Under the pieces are notes generated by a model. It had not been told where the DNA came from. It ran no database searches and worked only from the letters and a program-made list of their open reading frames with translations. From Candidatus Pacearchaeota archaeon (GTDB lineage Archaea; Nanobdellota; Nanobdellia; Pacearchaeales; GW2011-AR1): 52,518 bases of DNA. Below are positions 1 to 8,267 of the stretch, piece by piece. Every line of letters begins with the position of its first letter. Position 1 is the stretch's first letter. The stretch is from positions 1 to 52,518 of the forward strand of contig JAGVXG010000008.1 of the NCBI GenBank assembly GCA_018303885.1, written 5' to 3'. The position numbers and the translations under genes were made by a program.

Positions 1-2280
1 AGCATGTGATCCAAACCAATCAGCATATTCTGTGAAATCACTATCGCTTGATCTTGTTGCAGAGGCATTGTAATAGTCAGATGAAAGCAGTATTCCGCTT
101 ACTCCGACTCCATTTGTACTTGAACCCATACTTGCAGCATTGTCTTCAAGATCCACAACTATTACATGATATTCGTTTTTATTGTCTTTATTTTCCCAGA
201 CAATAAGCGCAGGTTGGTCAATATTTCCAGTTCCTGCTGGATTAACCATGTATAGTGTTGTTACGTTAACACCTGCTACGCCTCCACTTCCGTAATTAGA
301 ACCATTTGTTGCATTGTTTGTGAAGTTGTATCTAACTGCACCAACTGTAATAACCGAATAGTTCAACGTGTGAATTGCGTTGGCTGCACCTGTTGTGTTC
401 AATATCGTACTTCCAACTGTCCAATTACCATCTGTTGCATTGCTTCCTACATTATATGTGAAAGTTGTAGCTGTGTAGCCATCTCCATCAGGGAGCAGTA
501 AGTCATTAGTAGCACTCATGTGGTCGCCAAATACAGAGTTGTTTGTTCCATTCACATCAGACAAGTTTATTGACGTTGGCTGATAGAACTGAACTAAAGC
601 TCCTGATTTGGTTTCTATTGTTGGGAATACCACAAATTTATTTGTAGCAGATGAGTCGCTTGTTGGATACTTCAGTTTAACACTAGCACTTTCTCCTGTT
701 CCATTAAAGTAAACAGTATATCTCTTACCGTCAACATCTAATGTTCCTTCAGCTTCTGTACTTGTGAAAGTCGTTTCATATATTGCTCCATCAAATACAT
801 CTCTGAATTTGACTCTGTCATTTGTTGTAGCGCTTGAGCCACTTGTCTGGTTGTAAACATCGTACAACTCCAAAAGATGTCCATAGTCTTCATTTCCAAC
901 TACAACATATTTTGTAGTTCCGCTTGCATAAGAAAGATTTTCCATTTCTCTTATAGCAATGCTGAAGTTTGAGTCATCAGCAAGTCTCCACATCAAACTT
1001 TCATTGTGTGCAAAGTCAACGCTTTTTTCATTTCCGCCTTGTTCTGTGAATTTCACGCTTACAGTATCATCTCCAGCTGTTGTAACAGAAATCATGTCTC
1101 TGCTTGCATCATCTAAAGGTGAAGTTAAGCCAGCAAAGTCAATTTTGAAGCTTCCGAATACAGGATCCACAAAGGATGTTCCTGGAAGGATAGCGTCATG
1201 TGTTGAATCAGGCCTGAAAACAGCTATTGCAATCTCAGTTGTTGAGTTAGCAGGATCACCACCACCAGTATTACCTCCATTGAGATATACTAATGTTCCG
1301 TCAATAGGATCATTGCTTTCTCCTACTGTAACTGTTGCGGCATCTTCTAAAGTAATCTTTTCAGAACCAGCAATAACAGTTGCAGATAACTTCAAGTTTG
1401 TTTCATCTGCAGTTTGAACTGCAATTGTAACGCCATTAATCTTCTTAGATGCAGCTTCGTTAACTTCTTTACTCTCACTAGCGCCGGCACTATTTGTTAC
1501 TTTTACTGTAGCAGCAGTGTCAGAAGCAGATACAAGTTCAATTGTATATTGGCTTCCGCCAACTGTAACTGTTGAAGCAGGTGTATCACTTGATAAACTA
1601 ACCTTTTCAGCTTGTTTTAACAAAACTAAAGTGTCAGTGTCTGTTGCCGAAGCAACTGTGAATGTTTGCCCAAAAAGAACAATTTCCTCACCTTCTGAAT
1701 CTGCATTCGTGAAGTTGATTGCAGCCATTGTCGCACTTGCGTTATATAATGGCTGTGCCGCAGCGCTTGTACCCATGCTTATACCAATAACAGGGTCATC
1801 ACTACTCGATGGCTGTTTTACAAAAATAACTTTTCCAGAGTTCTCTCCACCAGCAGCTGTTCCCGCTATAAGCTTTATTGTTGATGTAACTTTGGAATCA
1901 ACATTCCCAGAGAAAGTATAGTCTCCAAGAATAGTTGGAAGATCACTCTTTGTTATAGTTGACTTTACAGCATTCAAAGATGTATTAAGCCAGATTCTGT
2001 CAGCGCTTGTATCTAATGATACTACTTCACCGCTTGTTGAAGCTGTTGTACCTCCAGTTGTTCCACCCATGAAGGATTGAAGGCTGGATTGTATGTTTCC
2101 TGCCTGAACAACGTCAAGTGCAGAAACACCTGTACCTGTACCATAGACAACTGCTACATCTGCTGTTCCTCCAACAACGAAAGGTGCTGGATAGTTTGCA
2201 GCAGCAGCAATACCTGCAGTCATGCCAATCATCAATGCACTACTAGCTAAAGCCGATATTTTCCTAAAATTAAATCTCAT
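1..2280 (-). CDS. S-layer protein (runs off the left window edge, 3' end not in window)
   Basis: Read by hand from the ATG at 2280: MRFNFRKISALASSALMIGMTAGIAAAANYPAPFV-GGTADVAVVYG. This is a typical archaeal S-layer N-terminus, followed by Thr/Ser/Gly-rich sequence. It is absent from the ORF track because no stop codon lies in the window. Confidence 0.88.
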   Translation of the reverse strand, partial: MRFNFRKISALASSALMIGMTAGIAAAANYPAPFVVGGTADVAVVYGTGTGVSALDVVQAGNIQSSLQSFMGGTTGGTTASTSGEVVSLDTSADRIWLNTSLNAVKSTITKSDLPTILGDYTFSGNVDSKVTSTIKLIAGTAAGGENSGKVIFVKQPSSSDDPVIGISMGTSAAAQPLYNASATMAAINFTNADSEGEEIVLFGQTFTVASATDTDTLVLLKQAEKVSLSSDTPASTVTVGGSQYTIELVSASDTAATVKVTNSAGASESKEVNEAASKKINGVTIAVQTADETNLKLSATVIAGSEKITLEDAATVTVGESNDPIDGTLVYLNGGNTGGGDPANSTTEIAIAVFRPDSTHDAILPGTSFVDPVFGSFKIDFAGLTSPLDDASRDMISVTTAGDDTVSVKFTEQGGNEKSVDFAHNESLMWRLADDSNFSIAIREMENLSYASGTTKYVVVGNEDYGHLLELYDVYNQTSGSSATTNDRVKFRDVFDGAIYETTFTSTEAEGTLDVDGKRYTVYFNGTGESASVKLKYPTSDSSATNKFVVFPTIETKSGALVQFYQPTSINLSDVNGTNNSVFGDHMSATNDLLLPDGDGYTATTFTYNVGSNATDGNWTVGSTILNTTGAANAIHTLNYSVITVGAVRYNFTNNATNGSNYGSGGVAGVNVTTLYMVNPAGTGNIDQPALIVWENKDNKNEYHVIVVDLEDNAASMGSSTNGVGVSGILLSSDYYNASATRSSDSDFTEYADWFGSHA

Positions 2281-2295
2281 TTTTTATCTCTTTTC

Positions 2296-2445
2296 AACCT
2301 CCTTTCAACTCTTTTGAAGAGTTGTCAAAGACAACTTTCACCAACTCGACAGCTATAGGGTAAGCCATCGTGCCGTGTGAATATGATCTTCTGATCGTTT
2401 TTCTAATCCCTATAAAGAACACCTTGGATAGGTGTTGTCGGTGCC
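2296..2445 (-). promoter_or_regulatory. Structured 5' leader of the S-layer gene with Shine-Dalgarno AGGAGG
   Basis: Nested inverted repeats CGACA/UGUCG, AACACCU/AGGUGUU, UAUAGGG/CCCUAUA, GUUGUC/GACAAC and CAACUCUU/AAGAGUUG. TATA-like elements lie at about 2466-2473 and 2529-2536. Confidence 0.6.
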
Positions 2446-2700
2446 TGAGTAAAAGCCAATTTCTGTTTAAAAAGCTTACTGTCTTTTTTCTTTCCAAGCC
2501 TCATCAAAGCCCAATTTTTAAGGTTTTATTTATAAAGCTTCTGTTGTTACTTCATTATTAATACTCAAAATAGGGAGACGAAAACCACAATCTTTATTAA
2601 CATATACTACTTATTTAGTAATATATAATAAAAAATAATAGATATTCAGATATTTGGAATAATACCCGAATAATATCCAATAAAACCAATAAATAATAAC

Positions 2701-3078
2701 ATGGCAGGCACAAAAACAAGGGAAATAACTATAACTGAATCAAAAGGAGCTTTTTCCTTGCCAAAAGGAGCTCTTTCACTGTTCAAAAAATCAGCAACAA
2801 CGTCTAAAAAAGACTATGATTTTGAAGGCATCTCTGCGTTGAGGCATCTTTTAAGCAATGAAAAAGCACGGATGTTAAACGTAATAAAAACGCAAAATCC
2901 GGGTTCTATTTATGAACTAGCTAAAAAACTTAATCGTAGGTTTAAGCCAGTGGCTGATGACATAAGGCTTCTTGAAAGGTTTGGCTTCATAGAGCTTTCA
3001 GAAGAAAAGATAAAAGGCAGGATTCGCCACAAGCCAGAAGTGATTGTTGATACTGTTACAATACATATTAAGGTTTAG
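2701..3078 (+). CDS. HVO_A0114-like winged-helix transcriptional regulator
   Basis: LLSNEKARML..IK...PGSIYELAKKLNR...V..DI.LLERFGFI wHTH motif. Confidence 0.8.
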   Translation: MAGTKTREITITESKGAFSLPKGALSLFKKSATTSKKDYDFEGISALRHLLSNEKARMLNVIKTQNPGSIYELAKKLNRRFKPVADDIRLLERFGFIELSEEKIKGRIRHKPEVIVDTVTIHIKV

Positions 3079-3131
3079 GATTGTGATTAATTACAATAAA
3101 TAATAAAAAGGAGCAATACCTATAGATTATA

Positions 3132-3368
3132 ATGAATTTAGAATATAAAGCAGAATTTAAAAAATCTGACTTAATAGGAGATATTGCCGAATCTATAAGA
3201 CATAGAAGACCGGGTGTAGACATATCAAGTAGCAGAAATCTTGCAGAGCTTTCTTTAGCCGATCTAACTTTACAAGGAAATATGTTAATATATAGAATGT
3301 TAGTTGAATCAGGCACAAATTATGCACTTATTAGAGCTGATGGTGGTGAAATAGAACCTGCAATTTAA
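3132..3368 (+). CDS. hypothetical protein
   Basis: 78-aa ORF filling the gap, preceded by a TATA-like element. Confidence 0.5.
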   Translation: MNLEYKAEFKKSDLIGDIAESIRHRRPGVDISSSRNLAELSLADLTLQGNMLIYRMLVESGTNYALIRADGGEIEPAI

Positions 3369-3377
3369 CTGCTATTT

Positions 3378-3875
3378 CTAGTAATAAGCCGTAAATGTAA
3401 CATTAGCTCCAGGCAAGTCCTGAAGCGCCCCTTTATAGTTCGATGTTAAATTGCCTTGCTTTACATATAGAATTTCTTTAGTGTTTGAAGCTATTTTAAG
3501 TTCATAGCCTTTTACGGGCTGATTTTGCCCGGTTTTCCAGCTTTGCGCCAAAATCCCTGCCAAAGTTTCGTTAAGGAGGTCACAGCTATTTATCTCTTCT
3601 AAATCCCGTTCAGGAGCTGCCTCAAAACAGGCTTTCTCACTGTCACAAAGGAAAATAAGCTCTTGAACAGAGAAAACTCTTTTTTCAGGACCGCATTCAG
3701 CAGTGTATTGCAACGTGGCTTGTATAAAACTATCGGCTTCGTAGCTTTCCACATTCTCTTTTCCCGACTTCTTCAGAGAAAAACTCAGCAAAAAAAGGAT
3801 GACAATAGCCACGATTATGATAATTAAGGCAAATCCAACCATTTCTTCCTGTCCTCGCTTGTTTGTTTTTGTCAT
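3378..3875 (-). CDS. class III signal peptide (type IV pilin-like) protein
   Basis: KRGQ followed by a hydrophobic stretch (EEMVGFALIIIIV). Confidence 0.8.
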   Translation of the reverse strand: MTKTNKRGQEEMVGFALIIIIVAIVILFLLSFSLKKSGKENVESYEADSFIQATLQYTAECGPEKRVFSVQELIFLCDSEKACFEAAPERDLEEINSCDLLNETLAGILAQSWKTGQNQPVKGYELKIASNTKEILYVKQGNLTSNYKGALQDLPGANVTFTAYY

Positions 3876-3887
3876 GTTTTAACTCAC

Positions 3888-3920
3888 TCGCTCTCGAACG
3901 ACCACGCTTGGGCGTTCGTT
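3888..3920. repeat. 33-bp intergenic hairpin repeat, copy 1
   Basis: tcgctctcgaacgaccacgcttgggcgttcgtt is identical to 5702..5734 and contains a cgaacg/cgttcg stem. Confidence 0.9.
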
Positions 3921-4036
3921 TTCGTTATTTATTTTACTTTTAATGTGAAAACCCATAAGGTTCAATTTACATAAACTTGATTTTACTTCTATTAACAACT
4001 TACTTTCTTTCCTTCTATAACCAAAATTATCATTTA

Positions 4037-4615
4037 TCATTTTATCTTCTTATATGTAACTATAATCTTTGCTATTTCACACACGTCAGCAATATAAGGA
4101 TATGCTGCCACAAAATTTCCCTCTTCATCATAAACTTCGTCACTTTTGGCTTGTTTTCTGCATAAAGCCACGAAGTTTGGAACTCCTGTTCCACCTTGTG
4201 GTTTCAAAATTTCTATTTTATTGCAATCTGGATAATTTTCCACAGTGCATAACTTACTTCCGCCTGTTGAAGGATAAATCTTTACTATTTCTATTCCAGA
4301 AACCCCCCAAAAATCAGCATCAGAGTACTTTTTTATGTTTTTCTTTAAAGCCATGACCTTGTCGAAATCTATACAATTTACCTTTGTAGTGCCGAAAGCC
4401 TCTCCACATGAAAACTCTGGCGAGTTTGCAAGTTTTGAAACCAAAAGTATCGCATTCCTTTCTTCGAGAACAGCCGCAGACTCTTTTAAGCCAGAAAACA
4501 AAACATTGGCTATAAACAACCCAACCAAGGCGAAAAACAAAGTCACAGCTATAAGCATGAAAGCCATCTGCTGAATCTTCATTTGTCCGCGTTTTCCTTT
4601 ATTTTGTTTTTTCAT
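4037..4615 (-). CDS. class III signal peptide (type IV pilin-like) protein
   Basis: KRGQMKIQQMAFMLIAV. Confidence 0.8.
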   Translation of the reverse strand: MKKQNKGKRGQMKIQQMAFMLIAVTLFFALVGLFIANVLFSGLKESAAVLEERNAILLVSKLANSPEFSCGEAFGTTKVNCIDFDKVMALKKNIKKYSDADFWGVSGIEIVKIYPSTGGSKLCTVENYPDCNKIEILKPQGGTGVPNFVALCRKQAKSDEVYDEEGNFVAAYPYIADVCEIAKIIVTYKKIK

Positions 4616-4717
4616 TCTAATTTGCTCAATTCTCTTAAATTTAAAATGATAAGCTTCAATTCAACTTATTTTTAACTTTTTTACTTTAATTAACATTTTT
4701 ATTTTTCCTATTATTAA

Positions 4718-5677
4718 TCACCATAACTTAACCGTGAACCTGTCAAAGCACATTATATAATTTTTAACACCTATTTCTTCAGATACCTGAACTACAGATG
4801 CTAAGTCTCTAGAATCTCTTAGGGAATTTGCCGAGTTAGCCAAAAGCAAGAGATTTACGCTTGGAATACATCCTTGTTTCATTAGGAGTTGTTGTTTTTC
4901 ATCGTACAGTTTCGAAAGTTCGCTTGTTCTTTTCATAAGTCTTTTTACTTGGCACTCATATATGCTCTTGTCTGAAAAAACAGCAGCATACATTAGGGAA
5001 TCAGCCTCATAATAAACAATCTGCCCGCGTTTCTCCACAGACTTCTGAAATTCATCAACATTTATATCACAATTGTCGTCGCTAGACCCAAAACAAACCT
5101 TTATGCTGTTTTCAGGACATGCACCATCTTCAACAAGAATATTTTCCTGATTCAAATCAGAAAGTTCTTCTTTTATTTCTCGCGGAGGCTGAAAGAAACA
5201 ATACTTTTTCTCTTTTGACATAAGATAAATCAAATCAGAAACCTTAAAGGGAAATTCAAAAGGCTTCGCAAAAATAATGAAATCTTTTCCTTGTTCAACA
5301 CCTTCAGAAAAAATATATTTGTTTGAAAACTCTGTTTGCAGGTCTGTTTCTGTCCATTTTTCGAAGCTTTTCTGGGATATTTTTATTATCTGGCTTCCAA
5401 AATTTTCAGAAGTGCTGCACTCGTTGTAGATTCTTGTTTCTACAGGCATGGTAAGCAGCGTGACAACACTTGTTTCAAATCCCGTTTCTAAAGGGCTTAA
5501 TAAAACAGAAATTTCCTTTCCTGTTTTCGCCGTTGTTGCTTCTCCACCTGTCTTGATAACTTTTGTAGAAATGTAAATTGCAAGAAACAAGATAACTGCT
5601 CCAACGATGATTGCAAAAATCCATGCAAAAGAAATCTGTAATTGCCCTTTTTTGTTTTTGCCTCTTTTTTTTATCAT
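4718..5677 (-). CDS. class III signal peptide (pilin-like) protein
   Basis: KKGQLQISFAWIFAIIVG. Start moved to the ATG at 5677 because the upstream extension is the intergenic repeat. Confidence 0.8.
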   Translation of the reverse strand: MIKKRGKNKKGQLQISFAWIFAIIVGAVILFLAIYISTKVIKTGGEATTAKTGKEISVLLSPLETGFETSVVTLLTMPVETRIYNECSTSENFGSQIIKISQKSFEKWTETDLQTEFSNKYIFSEGVEQGKDFIIFAKPFEFPFKVSDLIYLMSKEKKYCFFQPPREIKEELSDLNQENILVEDGACPENSIKVCFGSSDDNCDINVDEFQKSVEKRGQIVYYEADSLMYAAVFSDKSIYECQVKRLMKRTSELSKLYDEKQQLLMKQGCIPSVNLLLLANSANSLRDSRDLASVVQVSEEIGVKNYIMCFDRFTVKLW

Positions 5678-5701
5678 GTTTAGCTCACCCACTCCTTTCA
5701 G

Positions 5702-5734
5702 TCGCTCTCGAACGACCACGCTTGGGCGTTCGTT
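5702..5734. repeat. 33-bp intergenic hairpin repeat, copy 2
   Basis: identical to 3888..3920. Confidence 0.9.
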
Positions 5735-5935
5735 CCCATAATTGGTTTTATTGTTAATGTAAAAGCCAAACTGATATTATAAATTTTCATATGATATTAT
5801 TAATTATCACGTTTAATTTTATATGAACCCACTTCGATTTTATTTTAAGTTTTTAATGTAAACAACTTAAGTTATTTAATTAACACTTATTCTATAGTAA
5901 TATTATTTACAATTTATTTTTATTTAATACCTTTG

Positions 5936-6445
5936 TTAACCACCAATTCTTGTAATCCTAACCAACCTATCACTGAAATCTTTTACCAGCCTTAACTTTA
6001 CTTTCCCATTAACGTTTGATATGCAAAAAGGATTTTCATTTTCAGTAATTGATGCTAAGTCTATATACTTTATTTCTGCCGATTCAGTTCCTTCAAAATC
6101 TAATGGATAAAAAACAATGTTTTCTTTTCCATAATAAGCTCTTTTTAGCTCATTGTAAATTCCGTTTTTTGCACCTCTTGCCGAAGAACTAAAGTCAACA
6201 AAGCAGGCAAATGACTTTTTTCCAGGTAAGGAGTATTCTTCATTTTCCGAGGATTGTTCGCTTTTCCATACTTTCTCTACGTCTGATTGAAAGTCATTCA
6301 AGAATTTGGCTGTTTTTGCAGAATCCTGGACACCAAGAAAAGCCCTTATTCCAAAAAAAGCAAATGCAAGAAAAAACACTATAAGAATTATGGAAAAAAT
6401 CATCCCAAATGAAAGTTGCATTTGTGCATTCTTTTTTGTTTTCAT
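5936..6445 (-). CDS. class III signal peptide (pilin-like) protein
   Basis: KKNAQMQLSFGMIFSIILIV. Confidence 0.8.
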   Translation of the reverse strand: MKTKKNAQMQLSFGMIFSIILIVFFLAFAFFGIRAFLGVQDSAKTAKFLNDFQSDVEKVWKSEQSSENEEYSLPGKKSFACFVDFSSSARGAKNGIYNELKRAYYGKENIVFYPLDFEGTESAEIKYIDLASITENENPFCISNVNGKVKLRLVKDFSDRLVRITRIGG

Positions 6446-6480
6446 GTTATAATATTATGTAATTTGATATTTAAAATATG

Positions 6481-7227
6481 TTATTTCTTAGCGATTCTCC
6501 AAAAAGCATCAAAGTAAGATTTAAAACCCTTGGCTATTTCTTCATTTTCTACTAAAAATCCGACTGGTTCTTCTGATAAGAAAAAAATAAAAGATTTATT
6601 TTTATAAAAAACGATAGTCATATTAGAAACTAAATATTCTGGCAAAAATTTTATTTCTGATTTTAATGAGGTTGTTTTAACCAATTTACTTTTTATATCA
6701 TAGTTTGCCAACATTTTTACTTTTATTTTCTTTTTTGCCCTTTGTTTATGATAATTTTCAAAGAACTCTTTAACTCCCGGTTTATTTTCTCCGTAAGTAG
6801 CACCTATAACATAATAAGTACTTCTTGGCGATAGTTCATCTAAAATATTAAGATAGAAGTTCTTTATTGCCTTAAATCCCAAGTATAATATGGCTTCCGT
6901 TTGTTGTTTTCTGGCCCTTTGTTTTAGTTCTGGGAGTATTTTTTGAATTATCTCTTTTTGCTGGTTAAAATGTTTAGTTTTTTCCTCTAAATAATTAATA
7001 ATTCTTTTTGGCTCCATAGCACTAAAATAGGCTACTTTCCCCCTTATTAAGGAGCCTACTAATCCTTTTTTAGTTAGTTTATCAAGAATAATATATAATT
7101 TAGATCTGGAAACCTGAGACTCCTTGGTTATAGCTCCTGTAGAACTTTGGCCTATTTTTAAAAGAGCCAAGTATACCTTAGCTTCGCCAGGCGTTAGTCC
7201 AATCTCTTCCAGTATCTTAGTGTCCAT
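6481..7227 (-). CDS. TrmB-family transcriptional regulator
   Basis: LEEIGLTPGEAKVYLALL...SRSKLYIILDKL..KGLV HTH plus a C-terminal effector domain. Confidence 0.9.
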   Translation of the reverse strand: MDTKILEEIGLTPGEAKVYLALLKIGQSSTGAITKESQVSRSKLYIILDKLTKKGLVGSLIRGKVAYFSAMEPKRIINYLEEKTKHFNQQKEIIQKILPELKQRARKQQTEAILYLGFKAIKNFYLNILDELSPRSTYYVIGATYGENKPGVKEFFENYHKQRAKKKIKVKMLANYDIKSKLVKTTSLKSEIKFLPEYLVSNMTIVFYKNKSFIFFLSEEPVGFLVENEEIAKGFKSYFDAFWRIAKK

Positions 7228-7322
7228 ATCTTAAATTTAATTTCCAAATATAAAAATCTTTCTATTTTTATCCCCCTAAGGGGAACACAATATATAAAAA
7301 GATAATTTTATGCCGTTTAATT

Positions 7323-7736
7323 ATGGAAACTAGAATAGGAAAAATTAATAAGAATTTGAAAGATATTTTGAGAGAAAGCGATGAACTAGCTGGAAGATTT
7401 AGCCCAAAATTAAGAAAAAAAATCGCAGATGTGAATGATATTAACAATAAATATTCTAAATGGGCCCTGATTATTGGGGGCTTAGTAGGAACATCAATTG
7501 GTTATTCTACTGGATTTTTAAGGGATTCTGGAGCACCAGAAATAGTGAATTATATTTCTTATTTTATTGGAGGATCTATGCTTTCAGCTCTTCCTGGTTT
7601 ATTTATTGGGGATAAAATAAAAGAAAGAGCATATCTTAGACTGCAAGATGAATATCCAGAGAAAGCTCAAGATATAGAGAGATTCCAAGATTTAGCTAGA
7701 GACTTTAATGCTCTCAGATCCATGTTAACTCCATAA
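7323..7736 (+). CDS. hypothetical membrane protein (2 TM)
   Basis: 137-aa ORF with two Gly-rich hydrophobic segments. Confidence 0.65.
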   Translation: METRIGKINKNLKDILRESDELAGRFSPKLRKKIADVNDINNKYSKWALIIGGLVGTSIGYSTGFLRDSGAPEIVNYISYFIGGSMLSALPGLFIGDKIKERAYLRLQDEYPEKAQDIERFQDLARDFNALRSMLTP

Positions 7737-7764
7737 TAACTTACGTAAATAGTAAAAAATCAAA

Positions 7765-8265
7765 ATGAAATATAAAATAAAACAACAGAAAAGAAAAGAT
7801 AAAAAGAAAAACGCGCTAAGAAAAATAGCGGATGCTGGATTAAGTGCTTTAGCTATTTTGAGTTTAAGCGGGGCTGGACTGGGATTTTTATATCTGAGTG
7901 GGATTATAGGTAAAGAAGAATATATGCGAAGATGTTATTATAGTAGCTATAGTGGGGTCCCAACTAAAACAATTCAAATAGCACGAGTAAGGTTTCCCTT
8001 CAGTCTTTATGTTACAAACTACAGAGATTTTTGGGAAGACGGTAGCTTAGACATTTATGAAAGAGGTTCTTTAGATATGGGTGAAAACGTTCTTGGAGAA
8101 AGATTAACAATAGTATCAGACACCATACCTCTTATTAGGTATGCTAAAGAAGGAAGAACATTATTAAGAATTTCTCAAGAAGCAAAAGAATTACAAACAA
8201 GATTTGACAATTCCTTAAAATTAAAATCTTATTTCTACCATCAAACGAAGTGTAAAGCGATTTAA
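7765..8265 (+). CDS. hypothetical protein with N-terminal TM anchor
   Basis: basic N-terminus followed by a hydrophobic helix, 166 aa. Confidence 0.6.
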   Translation: MKYKIKQQKRKDKKKNALRKIADAGLSALAILSLSGAGLGFLYLSGIIGKEEYMRRCYYSSYSGVPTKTIQIARVRFPFSLYVTNYRDFWEDGSLDIYERGSLDMGENVLGERLTIVSDTIPLIRYAKEGRTLLRISQEAKELQTRFDNSLKLKSYFYHQTKCKAI

Positions 8266-8267
8266 AA

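Noticed and set aside
959-1921. Plus-strand ORFs 959..1417 and 1517..1921
   Set aside because: Antisense shadows of the minus-strand S-layer gene.
2294-2561. Short ORFs 2294..2497 and 2370..2561
   Set aside because: They overlap the structured S-layer leader and promoter and show no protein-like features.
2741-2782. 21-bp tandem duplication in the regulator gene (KGAFSL/KGALSL)
   Set aside because: Small in-frame duplication with no evidence of function.
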